DNA of 64,000 nucleotides from Nemertoderma westbladi (Eukaryota > Animalia > Xenacoelomorpha): assembly GCA_032718475.1 (NCBI GenBank), contig JAUCBJ010006760.1, positions 59,505-123,504 of the forward strand, written 5' to 3'. The notes under the pieces were generated by a model, which saw only the letters and a program-made list of their open reading frames with translations, searched no databases and was not told the origin of the DNA. A program made the translations under genes and the position numbers. The stretch's first letter is position 1. Each line of letters starts with the position of its first letter. Shown one piece after another: positions 12,158 through 24,500 of this stretch.

Positions 12158-13306
12158 TGTTTGCGCTTTTAAGACCTTTGACAGTTTAACCTGCCAAAAT
12201 TAGAATGTCTTTTAGAGGATAGATAGTCTTTAGCCTATGACGAGTATTTGATACACTACATTAGCCGAAGTCAGTCTATGCGCAATCATTCACCCGCTGG
12301 ATATACCCGGGAGACTGAATTCGGAAGCCTAATGATTGATGGTGTAAGCCTACTGTATTATTCGACTGATCGTAATATATAATCTCTGACAAATATTATT
12401 CACTTTCGGGAAATATTAACAGTTCCTTTAGGACGTGGCGCTCTAAATATGTAAACAGAGTTATGACTTAAACTAGACACAACGAAATGGCTATAGATTC
12501 ACGTATATGGCGCATTCTTTAGGAGATGCTTTGTTATCAGTTACAATCATACACAATGCTGCACAATACTGCACACTAATCTGCCGACCTTCACTAAATT
12601 TAGTCACGTATAAAGAGAGCAACATACAATTTATGTTGGGCCTATGAAATAGCATTAGATTCACTCCAAACCACTTAACGTAGGTTGCAATCGTTTATCT
12701 GTAACCGGTCTCTCTAACCTTTAGTATATCAAGAAGATTGGGATGTCTGACTATTGATCAGTATTCCGATATAATATTTCATCAACAAATATAATGAATA
12801 ACCGACAGTAAAAGCAGTAATATTAGTAAGATATGGTAAGTAAGTAAGATATGAATTGCATAGATAACAGATATACGTTCTATAATTAAGCCTACTAATG
12901 TAAGACTAAAGACTGAAACACGGAGGTGCCAAAAGCCGGTGTTCTTAGGCTCTGGGCAAAAACATAACACTGAATTCCTGAGTTTCTGTATCCACCTCCA
13001 ACACAGAGACAAAAAACGCTCTGATTGGTCGACCGAACAACGAGAGAACAAAGAAACAAAGAAATGTCGACGTGGCAATATCAGCTGTTAGCCGTCGTCA
13101 TGGTAGCGACACTGTTTTCAAGAGTATCTAGCTTATTGCGTCACGAAATTGCGGATTATGTCCTCTAAAGTACAAATACAGAAGAAATGGCTTTTATGTC
13201 CTCTAAAACACCAGTACAGCAAGGACACGGCCTTTTTATGCCTGGTAAATCAACTACAGAGTACTTTACGGGAAAATAACCGGCTAATTACGCAAAAGCT
13301 TTTACA
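12158..13306 (-). repeat. 3' LTR of element 1
   Basis: Direct repeat of 28749-29897; about 6 substitutions seen by eye. Confidence 0.97.
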
Positions 13307-13314
13307 CCGCTCCC
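13307..13314 (-). promoter_or_regulatory. Polypurine tract GGGAGCGG
   Basis: Directly precedes the 3' LTR; identical in element 2 (56216-56223). Confidence 0.85.
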
Positions 13315-13384
13315 AGAAAATGGGATTTAAGTCTATAAAATATAACAAATCATAGTTTCTAAAATATAAAAATACTCTAAACAG

Positions 13385-16300
13385 TTAGTCTTTCTTACGC
13401 GGACGGCGTTTACGCAGTTTTTTGAGGCTAGCAAGAGTCCTTTTCTCTTTGGGGCGAGCCACTTTACTAGGAGGGCTATAACTCCTGGGTGAAGGGTGCA
13501 ATACAATTGCATCAGAAGGTTTCGGATTGCGATCGGTGTATCCGCCGGTCGAGGTACCTGGTTGATCGATATCAACTTCCGTGGAGCGAGGTCTAACAGC
13601 CTTTAGGGCGCGCCTCAGGACAGCAGCTCCTACGGGTCCTTGACGGGTCGTCTGGACAATGGCGGTAGGCGGACCGTGAGTGGTGAGAAACTTCCTTGAT
13701 TTAATGGTTCTTTCCAGCTCGCGTTCTCGGGCTCGATATTCGTAGGGCCGTCGAGATACTTCCTGTAACTCAGGGTGCGAGTTGATAAATAAATCGCCAT
13801 ACTCAGGGTCTTGACGGATATAATTGATCAAATGGTATGAAGTAATATCGTTAGGATTGACGTTCCTAAGGTATTTTCGAACGAATTTGGTGGAAATACA
13901 CTCACCAACACGCTTCATTAGTTCGTAACTCGGTGTACGTGTTTTTTGTTCCACAGACGCGAATAAATAAGGATGGAACGCGTAAACTCCCTCGTAAGAG
14001 CGTCCAGGGTAGTATCGATGACGGGACTCACAATGTAAATCCGCGTTCGCTTCCCAAGCTCGGATGTAGCGCAGGGTAATCATTTCATCTACGCTCTCTA
14101 AATCGTGATTAAAGGGGCAATTATAACTGGCATGTCCTTTAAGTTGACAGTGGTGGCATTGAGTCATAAATTGGGGGCAGACTGCAAAAATATGAGAGTT
14201 ATTAAGTCTGCAATACGCACAATATATCTCCATCATTGGTTGTTCGTGGAAATAGGAGCAGGGTACGTCTGAGTCCATAGGAGTGAAATGGTCTCTCGAT
14301 GCGCATAATCGACAACGTTTTCGAGAAACATAGTTAGCGTGTCGATAATCGTATGCGGTGAGACATTGTGGACCTTGATACCACTCTAAGACGTAGCCGT
14401 TATCGCTGCTCCGGGGCGCTGTAGGCTGAATCGCTTCAGCTTCTAAGCATATTGGTTCGTCTTCCAATTGCATAGCTGAGGTAGGTGCGGCCGTCTCCGC
14501 AAGCGGACCCACTGTCTGAACTTCGACGACAGAATAACCCGTGGGTATTCGGGGTCTTTGTATAACAGATGAATGCAAGTTCTGTATACAAACGTCCTGA
14601 AAAAGGGCAAATCCCGCGCTGTTTAGCTTCTCCACCGCTGAGTCTCTCAGGCTGAGTTTGGTCAGAGCGCGGTCCTTGAACTGACTATCAACGTTACGGA
14701 ACGGAGTCAGAAAGCGCCTGAAACATTCAAAGCGGATGAATTTATTGTGTTCATCTAACTTGGCGAGTTTGGTTCCAAGTATTAAGGGATGGGCGCGTAT
14801 GGTACGACTGCACACATCGGCTAGCCAACCGGCAAGTGCTGCGTTTTCAAAGATCGTGTATATAGCTAAGGAGGGACGAAGTGGAACACTCATAAAGCTA
14901 TACACGGCGCCAGGTGCGGTCAACGGTCCATCAAAGTATAAACGAGAATAATGATCTCCGTATACTTGTTGGTAATTTATAGGATTTCCAACCTTGAAAT
15001 TCCATCCGTATTCTTGAAAGGCAAGATGTCCGATGGAGGTTCGTTGTACTTTAGTAATACCGCTGGGTGTATCTAACTGATCCAGATGTTTCTGCAGTTG
15101 TTCGAGTTCGACATGATCGAGAGGATTTATTAGCGGTAGAAACTTCAGACTATGTGTAGGATCTTCCGGTTTTACCATGTAATATTGTTTTAGATTGACG
15201 TAATAAGGGTGATCTTTGATCCCGTAAAACGAGTCCGGTAAAGGTCTAGCGCGTATGTTTACATCGTGTACCATGCGACGGACAAGATCTGCTCTATTGT
15301 CCGGAGGTTCAACGAGTATATCATCGACACGAGCGGATTCGATGGGGGGACGCTGCAACATAGGAGCGTCGGCGATAAGATCTCGAGATCTTAGGTTGAT
15401 AACAACCGGTTGGGGTTGTGCCGTCGCAAAAAGTTTGTCTCCGAAATGGGGAACCATCGAGGGATGAAGAATGGTTTTAGAGTAGAGATCCGTCATAAGG
15501 ATTTGCGCTTCGGGTTGCGCTAAAGCCGCTTCTTCTCTCTCATCCAGTTCTATATGTCTCTCCTCGAGCTGATACTCCTCCGCTTGTTGTTGTAGACGCT
15601 CATCTAGAAACTCTTGTAAAGAGTAGGTTCGTCCACGTTCGATGTCCTCTTCGAGATTTTGTATTTCTCTATCGAACTGGGGTAAAGCTAATTCCTTCAC
15701 CGCTTGGACTTGTTGCTGCAATTTACGCTTCTCCAAACAATCGTACGTTCCCTTTCCGATTTTCTGCCGAATAGCGTCTAATGCGTTTCGTACGACGCTC
15801 TCTTCGACTTCCGTAACGGGTTGGATAGAGGTGAAGCCGGGACGGTTGTATGGGTTAAACGGCGATATTAGATGCCCACGTCCCAAACCAGCTAGGTAGG
15901 GTTGGTGAATGTCTCGTGAGCCTACTACCGGAGTGCCACCGATCAACTGTTCGGGTAACACTAGATCTTTGAACAGTGAGTACAGTTCGGGAGGATCCGT
16001 GATACTATTAGGGTCAAGAGTTTGAGGTCTAACTGAGGAATGCGGAGGTCTGACCGAGTATTCCGGAACTCTGATCATCGGTTTGTTCAAGGATCGCTTG
16101 AGTCGAGCGACCGCAGGGGACACGTCGAAAAGGTTTCGCTCGAAACTCCCATAAGTATATCATGTAAAACTGTGTTTAGCGCAACGTCTCCGCGGATGTT
16201 TATGTCTTTCCGTTTGCTGGTTGGGTCTAGGGCATTCATCGCAGTAATACCAAAGACGCACGTCCTGCAGGGGAAACGCGGGTGATCGTTCTCCAGTTTT

Positions 16301-16909
16301 ACAATATTCCTCCATCTGTTCGAAGCTATCTGGGACAACAGGTAGCGGTCGATCGGCGGTAAGATACATCATAGTGAAATAGAGTCGTTTGAGTTCTATC
16401 ATAGGATCATGATGTATAACTTGAGGATATCGAGTTTCGAGATTTTGTTGACTGGCAATATTGAGGTATGTCTCTCTCAAGAATTCCAGATAATCGTTGA
16501 AGTCGCTGCGTTTATCTGGCTCTTCAACGTCTTCTCTTTCGAGTCTATTTCGAATAGAGTTCTCGTGTTCTATTCGTGGTTTATCGTTCCGACTCCGCTG
16601 GGTATGATATTTAAATAAAACCATTTCCCTTTCGGTATCCACATCGTCCGTATCGTGTAAATCGATAGGATGGCCAGTAGTTAAGAAGTCCATATACGTA
16701 CCATTACGATGCGTATAACGAGCGGTGAACTTTCTATAATCCAATTCACGCGTAAGTTGCTCCGGGGACATTGGCGGTTCGATGTAACGACCATCATCTT
16801 CCGTAGTAGTTGGACCAGCGTCGCCGCGTATCAAACTATCGACAAACGCTTGTAAAGGTAGAGTATATCGCTCCCTGATACCAAGATCATCTTCTATCAA
16901 CTCAGTCAT
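13385..16909 (-). CDS. Accessory ORF of BEL element 1 (~1174 codons, one internal TGA): CCHC zinc-knuckle cluster and basic C-terminal tail
   Basis: The 249-aa ORF (16160-16909) and 912-aa ORF (13385-16123) are in one frame, separated by TGA plus 12 sense codons; motifs CRLCASRDH..C, CAYCRLNNSHIFAVC, CHHCQLKGHASYNC; tail KKLRKRRPRKKD; homologous remnant in element 2. Confidence 0.85.
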
Positions 16910-16952
16910 ATCTGCTATGAGTTTATCAATATTATAATGAGTTTATATATAT

Positions 16953-17108
16953 TAGGCTAGCGGGCGTCGCTGCCTACCCCTCTTTTGCCCCCGGACAGTG
17001 TAAGATCCTCAGCGCCGATGTACCGTCGTCGCTGTGCTTTCGCCAACGATGTAGCCACACAACGACAACGATAACCGGCACAAGTCACTCCACTGTCCGT
17101 CCCAAAGG
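16953..17108 (-). ncRNA. Conserved long RNA hairpin plus small hairpin just upstream of the accessory ORF
   Basis: Sense-strand stems cggacagtg/cactgtccg and tatcgttgtcgttgtgt/gcacagcgacgacggta with G-U pairs; same fold at 54662-54812. Confidence 0.65.
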
Positions 17109-18555
17109 CTTAGATGTACTGCAGGTTTTTCTTGGAGAGTTAGGGTTACTTTCACAATTGCGACTCGCTACTGTAAACACACCTTAGTAGTAACATTCAC
17201 CTACAAACGCACAAATTCAACACAACTGCAACAAACTGCACACATTCGGGCCATTTGTCCGTTAGTCAGTACCTTCCAGAATGTCACTGTATTTATTATG
17301 TATCCTTGGATACTAGCAGTGCGCTATTTATTCCCTATGCTATTCAATGGGGCATGCCTTCTATTGTTCTTTTAACTCACTTCTAATTCTAGCGTGGTTG
17401 TTGCCATGGTGACATTATGGAAAGCTAGCGGTAGAATTAGGGTAATTCTCATGCATACAGATCTGGGATGCTATTTAATAGTAATTCTTTAATGGTCAAT
17501 ATCCCCTTTATACATGATTCTATGAATTTTATCGGCTATTGACTATACATTGGAGATTCTCGCACACAAATACACTTAATAGAGTGAATCTCCGCTCCCA
17601 TGATCTATTAATTAATGGAATTTTGGGAATGTTATAAATTGTCTAAAATGACAATTTATTAAATTCATTAAAATATCTGAATTTAAATTTATTCCCGTAA
17701 ATTTTATTATTTAATGTTAAATAGACACAATTTTATTCCAGAACGTGTCTGGGAACTTGGATCCTTAATTCTAGGAAATTTGTCCTTTTTAAGAGTATCG
17801 GTAAGTGCTACAATATCTTAATCGACTAGAATTTTAAAGGATCTGATATTTGACAGAATTTTGTAAATATTAATAATTAATATTTAGGATGGTCACCAGT
17901 TTATTCCAGAACTTGTCTGGGGACGTTAACCACTGATTCTAGAATTTTGTCTTTCAAGTATATCGGTGGGTGCCGCGATATCTTAATCGACTAGAATTAC
18001 AGATGGTCAAAGGGTTTAACAGATTTATTTGCGTTGTACGCTACTGTTAAAGGGACATCACGCTACTATATGTATTATTTAATATACGGTATGAGAGCAA
18101 TATCGCACGAAGCAATGTCAGTGTGAAGAGGCAAGTCGTTTCCAAGGTCTACCCAGAGCTTGGTTTAGCTGAGACACGAGGATCTGAACTTTGCATTCCT
18201 AATACTCTGCCTACCAATAATACTTGAATATAGTAGTGGCTTTATTGTACTTTAATAAGTACGGACATTTCCTCTTACTGTAGTCACGTATTTATAATAT
18301 AATACGGACAGTAAGGAAGGAGAAAAAGAATTATTTCTCGCCGTCGCACTAAATATATAATATATACATAATTAAATAATAAACGCGAATATATATTGCA
18401 CTAATCTACTAAATAATCTCTAAAATATCATACTACTAAATAAAATTAAATAAAACAATTAAAATAAAATTACATAATAATACATACATAAATATAAAAG
18501 AATAAAACAAATACAAATATAAAGTAATATGGTCACACACCCACTCCAGCCGTCG

Positions 18556-21500
18556 TTAAGTTGGGGAGTCCCTAGATGTTTGTTGGATTAGGGAGGTGGT
18601 CGTGGGAAGAGTATCTTGTCTCCCATAGTTTCCGGAGAGTTCTCTGTCTCTTTCCAGTAAACATAAACGTCCCACTGGGCGATTGAGCTGCTGCGTCTCG
18701 AAGACAATTCCCGGTTTCTTGAAGTTACGTCGCATGACGACGAGTTCTACCGATCGCACCAAACCGTCATCCGAGATGTGAGTCTCGATGATACGACCTG
18801 TCTGCCACCTCTTACGTGGAAGATCTACATCCACAATAAGAACCATGTCTCCAGCGCTGACGTTTTCTTGCTGCGCAAACCACTTAGTTCGAAGTTGTAG
18901 CGTGGGCAGATAATGTTTTTCGAAATGGTCAGCGAAATGACGGGATAACAACTGCATGAGTTGCCAAGTTTGTCGGCAGTATTCGTCTCCGTCTGTGATT
19001 TCCGATTGTGGGAGCATGGCTACAGGTTTCTTCAGTAGGAAGTGCGCGGGTGTTAGCGCTTCCAGGGAATCGGGACTCGATGAGACTGGCATAAGCGGTC
19101 TCTCGTTGAGATAGGCGGCGATTTCTTCCATTAACGTCCGCAAAAGTTCGTCGGTGAGATAAGCGCGGCAAGGCACTATAAAATGAAATGCCGTCTTCAC
19201 ACTTCTTATTAATCTCTCCCAACTTCCTCCCCACCAAGGGGCGTCGGCGGCGTTGAAGGTCCAACTAGACGCTGTTACTCGTAGTTGGTCGTCCACCTGT
19301 CTTTGGTTCCAATCTTTGACGTAAGCTCTGATTTCATTGTTGGCACCAATGAAGTTTGTTCCCTTATCAGATCTCATCGTGTTACTAGTGCCAAAGCGAG
19401 CGATCTGTCGTCGTAAGCTTAATAGAAAGCTGTTGGTAGATAAATCGTTCACCATATCGAGATGGATGGCTCTACAAGTCATACAAACAAAGATTACACA
19501 CCATCTCTTGACTATAGTCCTAGCACGATATACTTCAATAGGGCCAAATAAATCCACACCGGTATTAGTAAAGGGTGGTTCATAAAAGCTTACTCGTTCC
19601 CTAGGTAATTCTGCCTCTCTCTGTGTTAAAGGCCTACTGAATGCTTTCCTACAGGGTATACAGTTCCTAAGAACTTGGTTCAGAGCTCTACGGGGTTTAT
19701 AAAAATAATAGCGAGTTCGAATTTCGCTAAGAACTCGTTCTCTACCAGCATGATAAAGTTTGCTGTGAACATCTACAATCATCTTGACTTGTATTTCAAG
19801 ATTTCTAATGAGTATGGGGAACTTAGTATCAAAGGATAATGGGGCATTCGTTAACCTTCCTCCAACACGTATCAACCCATCTATCATTGTGCTAGAGAAA
19901 CGATCCCTTAAGCGCATCTGTGGATTTCTCAACAACAGGAAATACTTATCGGAATCTTCATAGCATTGTAAGAGTCTCAGCATCTGTTTGTTGGTTTCTT
20001 CATGCTCCTGATAACTGATCTTCTCCTTCAGAAACCTGTCGGGTATCTTATATTTGGGAAGGTCTTTAATAACATGGACCTGCACTGATGTGATTGGAGC
20101 GGTATCACCCTTTGTTTTCATCCCAGAGTAGTGATGGTGAAAACATCTCTTTAAATATGTAACGGCCTTACAAAGCCGATTCCAGGAACTGTAGTGATGC
20201 ATCGCTCTCTGCAGAAGAGGTGAGAGTCCTTGCGAGACGTCTGGTATGCCAGATTTCCAATCCTTATCACGGATTTCCACAATGGGTTTATTTGTGGCTG
20301 TGGGTTTCTGATCCAAAGCGTCGTCTCCGGAAGTATGTAGTACAGACAGATCTACTGTGGGTTTGAATAACTTCGATTTACTCGCCTGAGTTTTAGGCTT
20401 GACTTTCTCCGCTCCCTTGGCCTGTCTAATTTCTGCTGTAGTAAGATGAGGAGGCCATTCTTCTTCTTCTTTGTAGAGGAAGTCGGGTCCACCTAACCAG
20501 TCTGGAGTATCTACCAGTTCTTGTGGAGTTGCTCCCCTGGAAGCGATGTCCGCTGGATTAATCGTTCCGGGGCAATGTCTCCATTGATCCATCGTCGTGC
20601 GACTGAGTATAATAGCTACTCTGTTGGTAACGAAGACGCTGAACTGACAGACTTCATTGGTTATATACTCCAACACGAGTAAAGCGTCGGTCCAATAGAC
20701 AGTTTTCTCCAGGGGATAGTCGATCTGTTCTGTTACATTCCGGCCGATGGCTGTAGCGTATAGAGCCGCTTTTAACTCCGCTCGAGGAACTTTCAACTTG
20801 TTGTTTATCAATGCCTTAGAGGTAACCAAGGCGACTTTGATTCCGTCCGGAGTTTCCACCCTTAGGTAGGCTACTATACCTATTCCCATATCGCTGGCGT
20901 CTCCAAACACATGGAGTTGATATGAATACGTAGGGAGAACATGACCAAAATATGAACGGGAAATTATAAAGTTTTCGATGGCTGGTAGAGAATCTTCCCA
21001 TTTCATCCACTTCTTTAATAATTCTCCCTTAAGTGGATCGTCCCATGAGTGGTTTTCAAGCCACATTTGTTGTACTAAACTCCGAGCAATCAATATAACT
21101 GGGCTAATAAATCCCAATGGATCGAAATAAGTGCTCAGGATACTTAAACAAATCCGTTTAGTCCGAACTGGATTATCTCGCTGTTTTAATTGGAAAAACA
21201 GGATATCTCTTTCTGTGTCCCATTTCAAACCAAGGGTCTTAGTTTCTGGGAGATCATCCTTTATTAGATCTAGGTCTTTTGCTCCTCGATCTTCTACCGG
21301 GATCGACTCCAGAAACTCACGGGAGTTGCTAGTGAATTTAGTTAATCGAAATCCACCTTTCTTTAAGCATTCTACCGTTCCTTTAGCGACCTCAATGGCT
21401 TCTTCGACTGATGGAAGGGACTTCAGATTATCGTCCATGTAGATGTCTCGTTTGATATTGTCGATCACCTCTTTAGAGAAGGCGTCTCGGTTGTCATCCG

Positions 21501-24500
21501 CAGTGGTGCGCACCACGGAACAGGCGTTTGAAGGGCTCGAGATTATCCCAAAGGCTTGGATGGTCATCCAGTACTCCACAGGTTTCTTATTGAGGTCTCC
21601 TTCAGGCCACCACAAAAATCGTAGGCTATCTCGATCCCTATCCAGCGCTTTGACTTGTAAGAACATGCCTTCTATATCTGAGGCGAAAGCAATGGAGTAT
21701 TGTCTTAATCTTAATAGTATTCCCAACAAGGATTGGAGTAAGTTGGGTCCGGGTAACAATTCAGAATTAAGAGATTGGCCCATATAAAGGGCGGAACCGT
21801 CAAACACCACTCGTACTTCATGGGGTTTACCGGGTTTGGGAACGTAATGGTGAGTTAAATAATACGTTCTCTCAGTTATAGGTGTTTCTTCCGGTACTAG
21901 CTCCGCATATCCCTTGCTAATAAACTTCTTCAACTGCGTTTGATACATTTCTTTAGCTGAAGAATTTGCCGTAAGACGTCGATGTAGTTGAGCAATTCTT
22001 TTCTCTGCCAAAGGTCTGTTGTTAATGAACTTTGGTTCTCGCTTTCGGAAAGGAAGACCGATCTCATATCTACCTTGATCTTTAAGAAAACGAGTAGTTG
22101 TCGCTTGGATCTGCTTGGCTCTTTCTTCCTCCACCGATAGGGCCTTATCGTAGGAGTTGGGCTCTACAACCTCTTGAGTAAAGAATCTTACGGCGTGTTC
22201 ATCCCGAGTCTTGGCATTATAACGTTCAATGACGTCATTAAGCTCGTCGTTATAGTCGTCTCGCTCGGATGGGAGAAGGAGTTGACATAAGTTCACTTGA
22301 TTTTGCCAAGTCTCGCTTTCCTTAAGGAGATCGATGGCATTCTCCTCCTCGAAAAGTTGATGTATATCGTCGTTGTCTGAGGAGTATGGAGTTCCCTCAG
22401 TTGGATCGTCGAACTCACTGTTCTCAACTTCCCATTCTCGCACTTGATATACCTGATCTTTCGGTAATCTTTCCATGAGAGTTCTACGGGAAGGGCCAGT
22501 AAAGTACCAACCTACTCTAGTTCTTACCGCATAGGTTTGTAGTGGCTGCGGTTGAGCAGGCCGTTTCTCCAATGTCTCGAGCGCCTCATGCGCGTTTTGG
22601 CCGATGAGTATTTGCACTCCAGGATAATCAGTCTGGAATCGAGGTATCTTAAGATGTTGGATGCTCTCATCCTCGTCCCAATTATAAAGGTCTGCTTGAG
22701 TAGTAGCGAAGTTCTTTATAGCCACCATTTTCACTGACCTTATGCTATGTTCTCCTAGTTCGTCCTGGGGGGTGGACAACGCACCTACATAATAATCCGC
22801 TGTTACTGTAGATTTCCAAACCTGCATAATTCCTGACATGTTTAGCTTAGTTCGGAACTTGGGTTGTCCAGCGAATATGTCTTCGGCTAGCTCTTTGTCG
22901 ATGAATGTTCCTGTACTACCGGAGTCAAGGAGGGCGTTCACTACATAACTCCTTTTTGGTCCGTGGACCCTTACCTGTACCACAGGAAATTCTCTAATCC
23001 CTACATTGGAAGTTGGCGCTTTCCAAAATGGTTGTTGATCAGAAGTAGTTAGGGTAAGGTCGCTGTCCGTATCCTTTTCATACGTGAGTGCTCGATACAC
23101 TGTGGTATTTATCGTGTAACAGGATTCGTTTTCGTCGGAGAACTCGTCCTTATAGAATCCTTCCATCTCAGATTGATCAGTGTCGTTCACATCACTGAAT
23201 TGGACATGTAATTCGGAATCACTTACCTGACTCGGACTATTTCGCTCGAATTCAGTGTGCAACAAGATATGATGTTTCGCACCGCACTTGGCACATCTTG
23301 TGTCAGAGTAACAGGTTCGCCGTTGGTGTCCTTGTCTGAGGCAATTATAACACAACCGCTTATCCCACATGACTTCACGTCTCTCAGTTAATGATTTCTT
23401 TAGGAATTCATCACACATATTCAAGCGATGGGTCCCATCACATAGCGCACATTTCGGTTTGATGTTACTTACCTTATTTTGCGTAACATTGTGCACACTT
23501 GTTTTTTCTTCGGGCTTTCTCATCTGAATTCTCTTGGGAGACGTAGGAGGAGTTTTTCTTACCTGTTCTCTCCTGTCATTGGTTCGAGACTTGAATTTAC
23601 TTACCTGATCTTTAGGCATTTTATTGACATAATAAGATCTGTCAGTGTCTTTCCCGCTATCTTCTCCTTGAGAAGTCTGGCTTTCGCCGTCGTCTGTATA
23701 ACACACTGGTGTTACCTTTCTCCTAGAGACGGGTTTTTCACTTACCTTGTTTTCCGGTGTCTTCTCTCTGGACAGTTTTAGGAGCTGTAATTTCACTTCT
23801 CCATCAAGGAATGACATGAGATCAGCCATGGTAGGGTCTCGTCGTTGTTGTTCCATCATATATAACACTTTCTTATCCCAACGTGTACCTACTCCACCCT
23901 TCGGTAAAGTAGAAGCCACTGCTCTAATAACCATAGCATTCTGATACTCATGAGACTTACCTAGCCAATCTAATTGTCTGCAGATCTCCTGAATCTCATC
24001 GGAAAACTCTATAATTCCGCTGCTAATAAACTTTTGGGGCACTACCAATTTTGCATACAAATACCCAGCTATGTTATTCCTATTACCATACCTGATGTTT
24101 AGTGTATCCCAAACTTGTCTTAATCCGTCTGGATGTCCAATAAACTTTAACGCCATTAACTTGGGAGATCCTTCCAAGCACTCGATGAGGAATCTAAGTT
24201 TCTCTCCATTAGATAGCACAGAGTTCTGTATGTTATCTTTGTAATATTCATTAAAAGGTAACCATTTCATCTCATCTCCATTGAACTTGACGATCTCTCC
24301 CACCTTTACCGCTTGCCGGGCTTCGGTTCTAGCCATTTGACGCGTAAAACTTTCTTGGGCCATCGTGTTATTTAATATCGAGTTATCGGTATATAAATTT
24401 CTCGGATTATGATCCGGTCTATAGGGAATATCATTATCAACAGGTCTATAATTACCCTTAATAGGGTTCACTATAGGAGTTTCTACTTCGCTAGCAGTAT

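Noticed and set aside
12782-13355. ORFs inside the LTRs (also 29373-29973, 46273-46482, 56902-57111)
   Set aside because: Non-ATG or short, repeated only because the LTRs are duplicated, and not conserved between the two subfamilies.
13385-16123. env gene
   Set aside because: No signal peptide, transmembrane anchor or fusion-protein pattern; it has zinc knuckles and a basic tail instead.
16160-16162. Selenocysteine codon
   Set aside because: No SECIS recognised downstream and no redox-motif context.
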